From an uncultured Gammaproteobacteria bacterium (lineage in GTDB: Bacteria > Patescibacteriota > Patescibacteriia > Magasanikbacterales > UBA922), in NCBI GenBank assembly GCA_964519725.1, contig CAZFKS010000001.1, positions 119,270-183,269 of the forward strand: a DNA stretch of 64,000 bases, given 5' to 3'. The notes beneath the pieces were generated by a model. The model did not search any database. It was not told where the DNA came from and worked only from the letters and a program-made list of their open reading frames with translations. The position numbers and the translations under genes were made by a program. Below, one piece after another: positions 8,992 to 18,574 of this stretch. Numbering within the stretch: position 1 is the first letter of the stretch; each line of letters opens with the position of its first letter.

Positions 8992-11931
8992 TTAAAACTT
9001 TTTAATGATTACATCGACTAAGCGATTGAGTAATTGATTTCGTTCAATGTCTTTGGTTAGGTTACCAAAATCTTTCCAAATTAATTCCTGCAAGGTTTGC
9101 TTGGTATTTTTAACAAACACATCTCGTTTTGATGACTCTTGCCAACCAGCATCAAGATCAGCTTCAACTCGAATCCGAACTTCTTTTACAAATTTTTGAA
9201 TCTCCTCGCCCTTTGTATCTTTTACAAACTCCTGTGAGATAACATACAGAGCATATTCTTTTAGATCAAGGCCTAATTCCTTAGCCTCTTCAGCTTTGGT
9301 TTTAATATCACTCATCAATTCCTCATAGCGACGAATTCTTTCGGCCAAATCAATCTGGTTTTGTTCAAATTGACGACGAATTGAAGTGAGACGCTCACTA
9401 AATTTAACAAACACGGGATTTTCATCCAAATTGATTGAAATTTCTTGTTTAAGCATCTTCTCCAAATTGAGCGCTTTTTCTTCTTCATCCATTCCCTTAA
9501 GTCGTTCAAGTGTATACAAATCATTCACACGCAACTCACGGAAATTTTTAGTAATTCCCTCGTAATCAATGATATTACTTTTTTGAATCAGAGCGCGAAC
9601 TTTTTCGCCATACTCTTCAAGAAGATACTTATCATCTTCACTCCGAAATTCCTTCAAAAAGGCCAAATAAAAACCGGTCACCCATTCAAATGGTCTAATT
9701 GATGGTTTCAAAAATGGATCCGGAGACAGAAACTCAAACAAACTCTTTAATTTTAAGTATTTCTCCACAAAGTATTTTTGCTTGTCCTGATTGTCAATAA
9801 AAATTTTCAAACAACGGCGTAAATTATCCATTGATGGGTCCTCAATATTTACACCAGTAAATATTTTCATGACATCATTCAACACATCGGTAAACAGATC
9901 TTTGATTCTGGCAATATCAATCATGGCTGAATCAATTATCTCTTCGTCAAAATCGAGCGCATCGTACAAATTTCGGGTAATTCCGTAATAATCAATAATC
10001 TTCCCGGCTTCTTTGTTTTTATATACCCGGTTAGTACGGGCAATGGCTTGCAAAAGATTATGGTCACGTAAAGGTTTATCCAAATACATGACTTGTTCAA
10101 TTGGTGCATCAAAACCAGTGAGCAACATGTCGCAAACCAATAAGAATTTAAGCGGTGACTTTGGGTCTTTGAATTGCTCAATAATCTGTTCACGTTCCCG
10201 TTTACTGGTGTTATAGACTTTCAAATCATCGGCATCACTATTTGGATCTCCAGGTGAATACACCACTGCCGACCATTCAGCTGGAACTAATTTATCCAGC
10301 AGTGTTTTATAAGCAGCCACGGCTTCACGATCATAGGCCACAATCTGAGCCTTAAAGCCGTTTGGTTCCACATACAGCTTGTAATGTTCCACAATATCTC
10401 GCGCCACTGCTTCCATCCGCTTGGGTAATTTTACCAAAGCTGCTTTTTTACCATATTTCTTTACCAATTCAGTTTTTTGTTTATCCGATAAATCACCAGC
10501 AATCTCTTCAAACTGTTCATCCAACTTAGTTTCATCAATCGAAAATTTAGACAGCCGCGCTTCATAGGTCATGGGAATAGTCGCGCCATCTTCAATTGCC
10601 TGTTGAATTGAATAGTAGTCTAAATAACGTTGACCTTCCCCTTCATAATTGCGGAAGGTATTGGTGTGCGCTTTATCCACAGGCGTACCAGTAAAGCCAA
10701 AGAAAAAGGCTTTCTTGAACGCATTACGCATGTTAATCCCCGATACCCCCTCGTCGCCTCGGTGTGCCTCATCGGACAGAACAATCACATTTTCATCTAA
10801 ATTTTCTACTTTGTCACCCAATTCAGAAAACTTTTGAATAGTGGTAATAAAAATCCCTTTTTCTGGTGACTGAATTTTTTCTTCTAAATCCTTGCGAGAA
10901 GTCACGCGGATAATATTCTTTCCACCGGCATTGATGAAGGTTTCAAAAATTTGGTCATCCAAATCTACCCGGTCAACCAAAATAAATACCTTAGGATTGG
11001 CTAATTCTTTATTAAAGCGCAATTTCCAGGCCGTAAAGTACATGGTCAAGGTCTTTCCTGACCCTTGGGTATGCCAAATTAAACCTTGGTGTTTTTCTTT
11101 TTTAACTACCCGGTCAACGATCTTATTAGTGGCCCGCATTTGCTGGTAACGGGCAATTTTCTTTACCACTCGCTCTTTTTCTTTTTCAAACAGAATAAAG
11201 TTTTGAATAATATCCAAGAAGTTATTCTTTGAAAGTAAAGAAATAAGGGTAACATCTAAACTAGCATCGTCTACATAATGACCTTTCCCTATCATAGACT
11301 TGGCTAGGTCATCATCACGCCACTGTAAAAAGTACTGCTTTGGTGCACCAGTCGCTCCGTAGACAGTTTTAAGGCCATCAGTGGCAATATTAAAGCAGTT
11401 AGGGATAAATAATTTACGAGCCACTTTTTCGTAACGCTTAATCTGATCAATCCCATTCTCAAAACTAACACCTTCCGAAGCAGTCGGACTTTTAGCTTCA
11501 ATATCTACTAATGGAATACCATTTAAAAAAATCAAAATATCCGGCCGAATATTTTCCGTATCACCTTCAAAATAAAATTGGTTAGTAACCACAAACTGAT
11601 TATTTTCAGGATTATCAAAATCAACTAATTTGTAATCTTGAAAATCACCAGTACTTGGATTTCGCAAATTAATCCCTTCACGCAAAGCTTTTAAAAATTC
11701 CTCATTAGAGTCAATCTTTTTAACCTCGCGAATAACATTACTAACCTCACTCACAGTTACCCCTGGATTAAGCCCCGCAATCGCCCGCTCCAAAAACGGA
11801 ACAATAATATACTCAACCTCAAGGTCGCGTAACTTAGCAAATTCCTCTGGCTTAATATACTCAAAACCAAGCTTATCCTTAATAAACTTAATAATGTAAT
11901 TTTCAATTGTGACTTGTTCGTTGAATTTCAT
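8992..11931 (-). CDS. hsdR: Type I restriction enzyme R subunit
   Basis: RPD..FLNGIPLV.IEAK nuclease motif, WHTQGSGKT, DEAHR, GFTGTP, DMLLTGFDAP, QAIARTNR. Confidence 0.97.
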   Translation of the reverse strand: MKFNEQVTIENYIIKFIKDKLGFEYIKPEEFAKLRDLEVEYIIVPFLERAIAGLNPGVTVSEVSNVIREVKKIDSNEEFLKALREGINLRNPSTGDFQDYKLVDFDNPENNQFVVTNQFYFEGDTENIRPDILIFLNGIPLVDIEAKSPTASEGVSFENGIDQIKRYEKVARKLFIPNCFNIATDGLKTVYGATGAPKQYFLQWRDDDLAKSMIGKGHYVDDASLDVTLISLLSKNNFLDIIQNFILFEKEKERVVKKIARYQQMRATNKIVDRVVKKEKHQGLIWHTQGSGKTLTMYFTAWKLRFNKELANPKVFILVDRVDLDDQIFETFINAGGKNIIRVTSRKDLEEKIQSPEKGIFITTIQKFSELGDKVENLDENVIVLSDEAHRGDEGVSGINMRNAFKKAFFFGFTGTPVDKAHTNTFRNYEGEGQRYLDYYSIQQAIEDGATIPMTYEARLSKFSIDETKLDEQFEEIAGDLSDKQKTELVKKYGKKAALVKLPKRMEAVARDIVEHYKLYVEPNGFKAQIVAYDREAVAAYKTLLDKLVPAEWSAVVYSPGDPNSDADDLKVYNTSKREREQIIEQFKDPKSPLKFLLVCDMLLTGFDAPIEQVMYLDKPLRDHNLLQAIARTNRVYKNKEAGKIIDYYGITRNLYDALDFDEEIIDSAMIDIARIKDLFTDVLNDVMKIFTGVNIEDPSMDNLRRCLKIFIDNQDKQKYFVEKYLKLKSLFEFLSPDPFLKPSIRPFEWVTGFYLAFLKEFRSEDDKYLLEEYGEKVRALIQKSNIIDYEGITKNFRELRVNDLYTLERLKGMDEEEKALNLEKMLKQEISINLDENPVFVKFSERLTSIRRQFEQNQIDLAERIRRYEELMSDIKTKAEEAKELGLDLKEYALYVISQEFVKDTKGEEIQKFVKEVRIRVEADLDAGWQESSKRDVFVKNTKQTLQELIWKDFGNLTKDIERNQLLNRLVDVIIKKF

Positions 11932-11938
11932 ATATTTA

Positions 11939-12991
11939 TTAAAATGAAATTTCGCTTAGATTAATTTCTTCAATGGGCTTAATTTTTTCCTCGAGATTCT
12001 TAATTTCTAATTCGACATCAGTCTCCTCCCCTTCTTTTTGAATCGTTGCTCTGATAATTGCCCAAGTTTCAGGGTCAAAAAGTTCAGGTTTTGGTAATAA
12101 ATGCTCTCTATAAAAAGAGTTTGTATCTTGATCGTTAATTACCCAACGTACTTGGCTGTTTTCTAACAATGCATTTGCAAGTCCTTTAATTTGGGAGTCA
12201 TTAAAACTACTATACTTTGAAAGCTTACTCACTAAATCATGCGTAGTTAAAAAATTTGGACTATTGATCAATCCTTGCACTAAACTATCTTTTTCTTGCT
12301 CAACTCTCAGCTGAATTTTAATATCATGCTCAGAAAAAAATCTAGTGAGACTTTTATAAAAAAATATTTCATTCTCTGGATGAACTTTTTTCCACTCTTC
12401 CACTAAATAATCCTTAGCAAGATTTTCATCAATGGGATGCGAGTAATCTCCGTCCTTACTCAAAAGGATAAATTCTCCTTCTCCTTCGACTTCAGCCAAC
12501 AGTGCTTCCCAATTAATCTCATCACCGTAACTCCTATCCTTTTTACCTGGTGGTCGCCCCAGCCGATGTCTTTTTATAGATTGAGGTAAATATGCATCTG
12601 ATTCAATAATTTTACTCTCAGAAATAAGATCTTGAATTACCTTATCTGCCTTTAAAGTATGTTTTTGGATATCATTCCACAACTTTTTACTCAATTGTGC
12701 TTTTAGCTTGTCTAGAATATTTTGAGCACGCTTTATGTCAGTATATTCGTCATAGTGTTTACAGAATGGAGGCATTGTTAAAGTTGGTTTTGATTTAGCA
12801 AATTCCCCATAAGCCACTTTAAGTCTTACTTCACGATTTCGTTTAACCTCATCACAGACTTGGGAGGTAAGGAAAAGCTTAATTTCTCCAGACTTAATAA
12901 AATCAACTAATTTTGCAAGTTGAGTCAAATCTTCATCGTGAAAATCGTAAAAGTTGAGAAAAATATTTGAATCTATAAATAGTAATTTCAT
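11939..12991 (-). CDS. PIN-domain protein (DUF4935/PIN-like), predicted RNase
   Basis: N-terminal LFIDSNIFL, conserved E in VCDEV, GDEINWEAL, LLSKDGDY: the acidic PIN tetrad. Confidence 0.8.
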   Translation of the reverse strand: MKLLFIDSNIFLNFYDFHDEDLTQLAKLVDFIKSGEIKLFLTSQVCDEVKRNREVRLKVAYGEFAKSKPTLTMPPFCKHYDEYTDIKRAQNILDKLKAQLSKKLWNDIQKHTLKADKVIQDLISESKIIESDAYLPQSIKRHRLGRPPGKKDRSYGDEINWEALLAEVEGEGEFILLSKDGDYSHPIDENLAKDYLVEEWKKVHPENEIFFYKSLTRFFSEHDIKIQLRVEQEKDSLVQGLINSPNFLTTHDLVSKLSKYSSFNDSQIKGLANALLENSQVRWVINDQDTNSFYREHLLPKPELFDPETWAIIRATIQKEGEETDVELEIKNLEEKIKPIEEINLSEISF

Positions 12992-14226
12992 ACTTGTTTT
13001 TTTCCACTCAGCAAATCTTGCATCAAGCCATTTTTGAGTAAAGTAAGTTTTGTTTTTAATTTTTTATTTACCGAAATTTTTTCATCAACAGCGGAAATAA
13101 TTTCTGCAATTTTTTCCTGCTCTTTCTTTTGTGGCAGGACAATTAAAAGTGGATTAAGTTTTTCCAAATTAATATTTTTTTGAGCGGATTGGGTAGAAAT
13201 ACTGTTAAGATACTCTTTTTGAGTTCTTAAATAATATTCCAAAAAAATCGGATTAATTTTTTCTTTACAAGAAATGCCCACCAAGCTATCAGGAAAGCAC
13301 GAATCAAACTCTAATATTCCAGTATCGCCAATGTTCGCGGCAATTGTAATAACGATAGTGCCTTTTTTAAACAATTTACTCACAGATAGACCTTTTTCGT
13401 TAAGTGTTTGGGTGTACTTTTTTATTCTTCCGTCTGAGCTGATAACATCACCAGTCTGTATAAATGGAATTTCCCCTCCATAAAATTCTGGTGCATTTCT
13501 CGGTCTATGAGAAAACTTACCCCGCTCCACAAGTGCAACGTCAGAAAGTCTTACGATATTCCACTCTTCCGGAATTTGTCCGATTTCTGTTTCCTTAAAT
13601 TTAGTATGCCCAATCCCATTTGTAAAAAGCTGCATCATTAGCCCGTGCTTGAGTTTTTCCGCAGATTTAATCACTTCATGCGTTTTAGTAATATCTTCAT
13701 CCACCGTCCTCAAAATCCCAGCAATCTTTTGTTGTTCTTTGATTGGGGGTAGTAAAACTTCTATACTTTCAACTTGGCTGGAGCTTATATTTTTTTGAGC
13801 CGCACCAATAAAATACTTCTCAAGTTTTGATATAAAATCTTTGTACAAAAATACTTGAAATGTAAAATCAGGATCTAAATCCTTATCTTTAAAGACAACA
13901 CGTCCTACGCGTTGATTTAAAATTGCTGGAAGATATTTCTTGTCAATTCGCGCTACTTTACCAAGTTCGCCAGTCATGCCCATCAAGATATCATTTTCTC
14001 TTAAGTGTACAGATTCATTGTTAGCATACCCATCTTCAGATATATACACAAAATCATTAGCCACAAAGTCTCCTTTGCCAACATTACCAATACGCACAAG
14101 CGGAATACCATCATTTACATAATTTGACGCGTTAAACGCATTGCCTCCTTGAAGCTTTATATGCCTTCCAATCGGAAGTAATTCCCACCCCTTAGGGATA
14201 TTTTGCTGTATCATGTTGGTTTTCAT
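12988..14226 (-). CDS. hsdS: Type I R-M specificity subunit
   Basis: IPKGW/IPEEW repeats, two TRDs, PP..EQ.KIA..L..VDE coiled coils, LKNGLMQDLLSG. Confidence 0.96.
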   Translation of the reverse strand: MKTNMIQQNIPKGWELLPIGRHIKLQGGNAFNASNYVNDGIPLVRIGNVGKGDFVANDFVYISEDGYANNESVHLRENDILMGMTGELGKVARIDKKYLPAILNQRVGRVVFKDKDLDPDFTFQVFLYKDFISKLEKYFIGAAQKNISSSQVESIEVLLPPIKEQQKIAGILRTVDEDITKTHEVIKSAEKLKHGLMMQLFTNGIGHTKFKETEIGQIPEEWNIVRLSDVALVERGKFSHRPRNAPEFYGGEIPFIQTGDVISSDGRIKKYTQTLNEKGLSVSKLFKKGTIVITIAANIGDTGILEFDSCFPDSLVGISCKEKINPIFLEYYLRTQKEYLNSISTQSAQKNINLEKLNPLLIVLPQKKEQEKIAEIISAVDEKISVNKKLKTKLTLLKNGLMQDLLSGKKQV

Positions 14227-15128
14227 ACTATGTTATTTGAAACCCATTTAATTGAACCAGCAATAGAAGCGTTCAAAACTTGTAGACAAATTTTTGCAGT
14301 ATGAATATCTGGTGAAAATTTTGAAATACTTTGTTCGTAAGGATGGATATAATTGCGAAAATCTCGCAGAGCGTGTCCAAATTTCTTTACATCCAATCCA
14401 ATCACGCCGAGTTCGTGAGCCACGTCAATAAGACCAGCAAGCTTCCAATCAGGTAACGGTAAAACTTTTCCAGTTTTGTCTTTCGGACTTGCATTAGCTG
14501 ATTGAAATTTTTGAGGATGTTTTACTGCGATACCAAATAAAATTCCTTCCAGCGTACTGCCAGCCATAATAACAGAAGATAAAGGCGACTTGTATTGTAG
14601 ACATTGGCGAGATTCTAGAATACGCTCTTTTAATATACTCTCTATTGCCGCATCAAGACCGAGCTTGGAAATGTCATTTTCATCAAAATCTTTTTTTAAA
14701 AACTCTTCTTCAGAATCAATTGATGTATTTTTTGTATCTATTATTGGGCCGACAGACTCCTTTAAATACTTTAGAATAGGGTCACGGCCTTGAAAAGCAA
14801 CACTCATGTTCTCCATAGACAAAATATCGTTCATCGCTTTTGCAGCCATCTCCAATTTAGCTCTATCTGCCTTGTACTCCCTTATATCAACAAGCCTCAA
14901 AATCACTTTTTCAAGGTCATTCAATGTTAATTGTTTGAGCAGTTCAAGTACCCACCATTTTCGAGTACTACCATCATGGGTCACATTTATATTTATATTT
15001 TGAAAAAAACGAGTTAAATAACCTGAAGATCTATATTCCGGGTACTTTTGCGCCACATCTCCACAAATAAAATCAGCAAGGGCATCAAGTGTCGCGGGAT
15101 CTAATTTATTTTTTAAAAATACCGCCAT
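14223..15128 (-). CDS. Predicted HEPN-domain protein (helical N-terminal domain plus DUF4145-like HEPN)
   Basis: C-terminal ESRQCL..SSVIMAGSTLEGIL..WKLAGLIDVAHELG..LRDFRNYIHP carrying the HEPN R-x-x-x-H motif. Confidence 0.7.
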   Translation of the reverse strand: MAVFLKNKLDPATLDALADFICGDVAQKYPEYRSSGYLTRFFQNININVTHDGSTRKWWVLELLKQLTLNDLEKVILRLVDIREYKADRAKLEMAAKAMNDILSMENMSVAFQGRDPILKYLKESVGPIIDTKNTSIDSEEEFLKKDFDENDISKLGLDAAIESILKERILESRQCLQYKSPLSSVIMAGSTLEGILFGIAVKHPQKFQSANASPKDKTGKVLPLPDWKLAGLIDVAHELGVIGLDVKKFGHALRDFRNYIHPYEQSISKFSPDIHTAKICLQVLNASIAGSIKWVSNNIV

Positions 15129-15129
15129 A

Positions 15130-16821
15130 CTAATATTTCAATTCCTTGAGATATTCGTCCACCTTTTTATCAATAATATCCCGCTCTTTTTCAATTTCCT
15201 TTACCTGAGCCCACACGGTTTTTACATCAATGTTTTCTTCTTCATCAGCATTTTCCACATAGCGACGAACATTGAGGTTGTATTCGTTTTCTGCTAATTC
15301 TTTGGTGTCAATAACGCGGGCGTATTTTTCGATATCACGGTAATTTTCAAAGGCGGAGACAATTTTTTCAATATCAACCTTACGCAAACGGTTTTGATTT
15401 TTTCCTTCTTCGTAATCTTGTTCGGCGTCAACAATGAGGATTTTATTTTTGTGATCGACTGGCTTATTTTTGTTAAAAATTACAATTGCAGCCGGAATAC
15501 CTGTTCCGTAAAAAAGTTTAGCTGGGAGTGCGATGATGGCTTCAATTAAGTCATTTTTAATGAGTTGTTCACGAATACGGCCTTCGGCCCCGCCACGAAA
15601 AAGCACGCCATGAGGAAGTACAATGCCAGCGCGACCATTTTCATTCATTGATTTAACTAAATGCATGACAAAGGCATAGTCCGCATTTTTGGCTGGCGGC
15701 ATTTCATATCCAGCGGCTCGTTTATAACTATCTGATTTAAATTTTTCGTAAGCGTAGTCCTTAATCGAGTACGGTGGATTACTAATGCAGATGTCGAATG
15801 TTTTGAGTGTACCATCTGGGTTGAGGAACTTCGGGTCAGCCAGTGTGTCCCCGCGTTGAATGTCCGCACTATCCAGTCCATGCAAGAACATGTTGATTTT
15901 GGCAATGGCGTAGGTGCCAATATTAATTTCTTGTCCGTAGAGGTAAAGTGAACGGGCCTTTTTTTCACCAGCTTCATTCTTTAAATGGTGATATGCTTCC
16001 AACAAAAAACCACCTGAACCAGCGGCCATGTCGTAAATATGGTCTTTCTCATGTGGCTTTAAAATATTAATAATTACACGTTCAACTTCGCGCGGTGTGT
16101 AGAAACTACCACCTTTTTTACCACCATCAGCAGCAAATTGTTGGATGAGGTATTCATAAGCATCACCTAAAAGGTCGGTACTAATGTAGTTGTCGCCAAA
16201 ATTATGCTTGGAAAAATGATTGATTAGTTTTTGCAAAATTTCATTGGGAAATTTGTCTTTATTGGCAAAATCCAGATCGTCAAAAATACGGTCCAGTTTT
16301 GGACTATTGGCAGTAGTGAGGTCATCAAAAATAGTATTGAGTTTTTGGCCAATACCTTCGGCTTGCTGTTGAATGACTTCCCAACGACAATGACTCGGGA
16401 CTTGAAAACGATGGTTATAATCAGCCCGAGCCACTTCTTCATCATGATATTCTTCTAGGACTTTTTTATATTCTTCGTCCCACACATCACTAATGCGCTT
16501 GTAAAAAAGAAGACCGAAAATATATTTTTTGTAATCAGCACTATCAATGCGGTCGCGCAAAATATCCGCACTGCTCCACAAAAATTGCTTGAGTTGAGTG
16601 AGGTTCATTTTTCCCTCGTCGTTGGTCAGCGAGCTGCCCAAGTCTTTGACAATACTTTTGTCATTGGCGATTCGTTCAATATCCTCGGGCTTATATTTAC
16701 GGTCTTTGCGAGGACCAACCCGTAAAGGGGTTATGAGCCCTTTTTTCTCCCAGTTGCGGAGAGTGTCTTGATGAATGCCAAAAATGGTTGAGACTTCGCT
16801 AATACTGAGTAGATTGGCCAT
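15130..16821 (-). CDS. hsdM: Type I R-M N6-adenine methyltransferase with an N-terminal MerR/excisionase-like HTH
   Basis: LW..ADILR, GDAYEYLI, FYTPREV, YDMAAGSGG, NPPY, GIVLPHGVLFRGG; first ~55 aa LLSISEVS..FGIHQDTLRNWEKKG. Confidence 0.96.
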   Translation of the reverse strand: MANLLSISEVSTIFGIHQDTLRNWEKKGLITPLRVGPRKDRKYKPEDIERIANDKSIVKDLGSSLTNDEGKMNLTQLKQFLWSSADILRDRIDSADYKKYIFGLLFYKRISDVWDEEYKKVLEEYHDEEVARADYNHRFQVPSHCRWEVIQQQAEGIGQKLNTIFDDLTTANSPKLDRIFDDLDFANKDKFPNEILQKLINHFSKHNFGDNYISTDLLGDAYEYLIQQFAADGGKKGGSFYTPREVERVIINILKPHEKDHIYDMAAGSGGFLLEAYHHLKNEAGEKKARSLYLYGQEINIGTYAIAKINMFLHGLDSADIQRGDTLADPKFLNPDGTLKTFDICISNPPYSIKDYAYEKFKSDSYKRAAGYEMPPAKNADYAFVMHLVKSMNENGRAGIVLPHGVLFRGGAEGRIREQLIKNDLIEAIIALPAKLFYGTGIPAAIVIFNKNKPVDHKNKILIVDAEQDYEEGKNQNRLRKVDIEKIVSAFENYRDIEKYARVIDTKELAENEYNLNVRRYVENADEEENIDVKTVWAQVKEIEKERDIIDKKVDEYLKELKY

Positions 16822-16843
16822 AATTTTGTAGGTTTATGGCCCT

Positions 16844-16872
16844 AGGATAACACGATATTATAAAAGAATCAA
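16844..16872 (-). promoter_or_regulatory. Putative sigma70 promoter of the hsd operon
   Basis: TTGATT-17 bp-TATCCT on the minus strand, 22 nt above the hsdM ATG. Confidence 0.55.
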
Positions 16873-16935
16873 GTTTGTATAAATTTTCATAGGATTTCAT
16901 AGGTTATTGCTACCCCTATCCAAACCATATATAAT

Positions 16936-16962
16936 AAAAAACCGTCTTTTAAGCGGTTTTTT
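16936..16962. terminator. Bidirectional intrinsic terminator
   Basis: AAAAAACCG-tcttttaag-CGGTTTTTT. Confidence 0.7.
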
Positions 16963-17143
16963 GGGATAATTTGCGGTTGTACTCTTTTACCATTTTTCTT
17001 TGGTCCCTGTTGGCCCTACGGGCCGCTTCCTCAAATAATTTAATCTTCTCCAATTCCGAGGCAGTTCTAAAAAACTCCCCAGCCGAGGAATACTGTTGAG
17101 TAGATTTTTTATGATTAAAATTTTGTATATTAGTTGCTTTTAT
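16949..17143 (-). CDS. Small helical hypothetical protein with no ATG start (ATA start or decayed gene)
   Basis: Open frame ...YSSAGEFFRTASELEKIKLFEEAARRANRDQRKMVKEYNRKLSQKTA* ending in the terminator; absent from the ORF track. Confidence 0.4.
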   Translation of the reverse strand: MKATNIQNFNHKKSTQQYSSAGEFFRTASELEKIKLFEEAARRANRDQRKMVKEYNRKLSQKTA

Positions 17144-17183
17144 TCACTGTAATAACAACTATTAAGTTGCACTTTTGGGAAAT

Positions 17184-17951
17184 CTATTTCTTTGGCCACC
17201 ACGGCACAAACTTACTCACCCTCTTGGCATACGCCTGGTACGCCGGGTCGGCCGCATATTTCTTTTCGAGCATGGGCACCCCAGAGACAAACAAAATTAA
17301 GCCAGTAATCGTTAGCGGCCCAACTATTCCGTACCAGCCGCCTGGCCCACCAAGACTAATCAGCCAAATCCCCCACCACATGGTCACTTCGCCAAAATAA
17401 TTAGGGTGGCGGGTATAGGCCCACAGCCCTTGATCCATCACTTTGCCTTTATTGGCCGGATTAGCCAAAAAATCTTTCAGTTCTTTGTCGCCGCGCGCTT
17501 CAAAATAAAAACCTAGTAACCACACGAGCAATCCCACGGCATCCAGCCACCCAAGCGCCGGCTGCCCTGCCCTACTTGCCACCACCGTAATGGGCGCAAT
17601 TACCAACAACAATAAAAATCCTTGCAAAATATATACTTGCGCATACGACCGCAGATAAAACCATTTGCCCCACTCATCACGCCACTGTTTGTAGCGAAAA
17701 TCTTCAGTCTTGCCTTTATTGCGACGATAAATATGATAAGACAATCTCGTGCCCCACACCAACACCAGTGCGGCCAGCAATATTTCGCGCGCGTTTGTCC
17801 CCGCCTGCACCACATAATACGCACACAGCGCAATATACCCCAAACCCCAAGCAATATCGGCCACATCATTGCGTTTTTTGACCAGTGAAATAAAAAACCA
17901 GGCTGAGCAGTATATAAAGATAAGCAGACCGCTGGCAATAAATATATTCAT
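17184..17951 (-). CDS. DUF1295 / steroid 5-alpha-reductase-like membrane protein
   Basis: [31 protein letters not shown]. Confidence 0.9.
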   Translation of the reverse strand: MNIFIASGLLIFIYCSAWFFISLVKKRNDVADIAWGLGYIALCAYYVVQAGTNAREILLAALVLVWGTRLSYHIYRRNKGKTEDFRYKQWRDEWGKWFYLRSYAQVYILQGFLLLLVIAPITVVASRAGQPALGWLDAVGLLVWLLGFYFEARGDKELKDFLANPANKGKVMDQGLWAYTRHPNYFGEVTMWWGIWLISLGGPGGWYGIVGPLTITGLILFVSGVPMLEKKYAADPAYQAYAKRVSKFVPWWPKK

Positions 17952-18041
17952 AAATTAATCATTTTATTATAATATATCATACCTAGACGCCTTTCCCAAT
18001 CTTTGTTACACTAATTAAACCTTACTTAATAATCTACGTAT

Positions 18042-18569
18042 ATGCGCCTCTCGATTGTTTTGGCCGCTGCCCTCCTCTTGGTTGGAGCTGGTTGCGATGA
18101 TGTATCTAAATTAGACCCAGAAACTGGTGAAACTAAACCAGAAGTGTCAGAAAACACCACCGTGAATACCCCTGAAATTAAAACTGACGACAGTAATAAA
18201 CGCGAAGATGACACACGTAAAGATGACCGTGAAGAAAGTGACGATGGTGATGAAAATACTACTGCGACCCAACCAACCGTCAAACCAACTGAAACCAAAC
18301 CAGTCGTTACTGCACCAACCGAAACCACTGGTCCAAAAACATATACCATGGCCGAAGTCCAAGCGGCCGCCGCGGCTGGCAAATGTTTAACAGTCATTAA
18401 TGGCGGTGTGTACGACCTCACTAATTTTACTAACAAACACCCAGGTGGTGCCGCTGCCATTAAAAGTCTTTGCGGCATCAATGGCACCGCTAAATTCCAA
18501 GCCATGCATGGTGGCGATCCAAAACCAGAAAAAGTATTAGCTGGTTTTTACCAAGGCGCCCTGAAATAA
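18042..18569 (+). CDS. Lipoprotein with a C-terminal cytochrome b5-like heme-binding domain
   Basis: Lipobox LLVGAGC, low-complexity linker, YTMAEV...VINGGVYDLT.F..KHPGG...CG..GT..F..MH. Confidence 0.88.
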   Translation: MRLSIVLAAALLLVGAGCDDVSKLDPETGETKPEVSENTTVNTPEIKTDDSNKREDDTRKDDREESDDGDENTTATQPTVKPTETKPVVTAPTETTGPKTYTMAEVQAAAAAGKCLTVINGGVYDLTNFTNKHPGGAAAIKSLCGINGTAKFQAMHGGDPKPEKVLAGFYQGALK

Positions 18570-18574
18570 TAATT

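Noticed and set aside
12988-14226. Phase-variable hsdS (shufflon or simple repeats)
   Set aside because: Only one hsdS is present, with no recombinase, silent TRD or obvious repeat tract seen
6589-17183. R-M region as a discrete mobile element
   Set aside because: AT-rich and probably acquired, but no transposase, integrase or flanking direct repeats could be identified by eye
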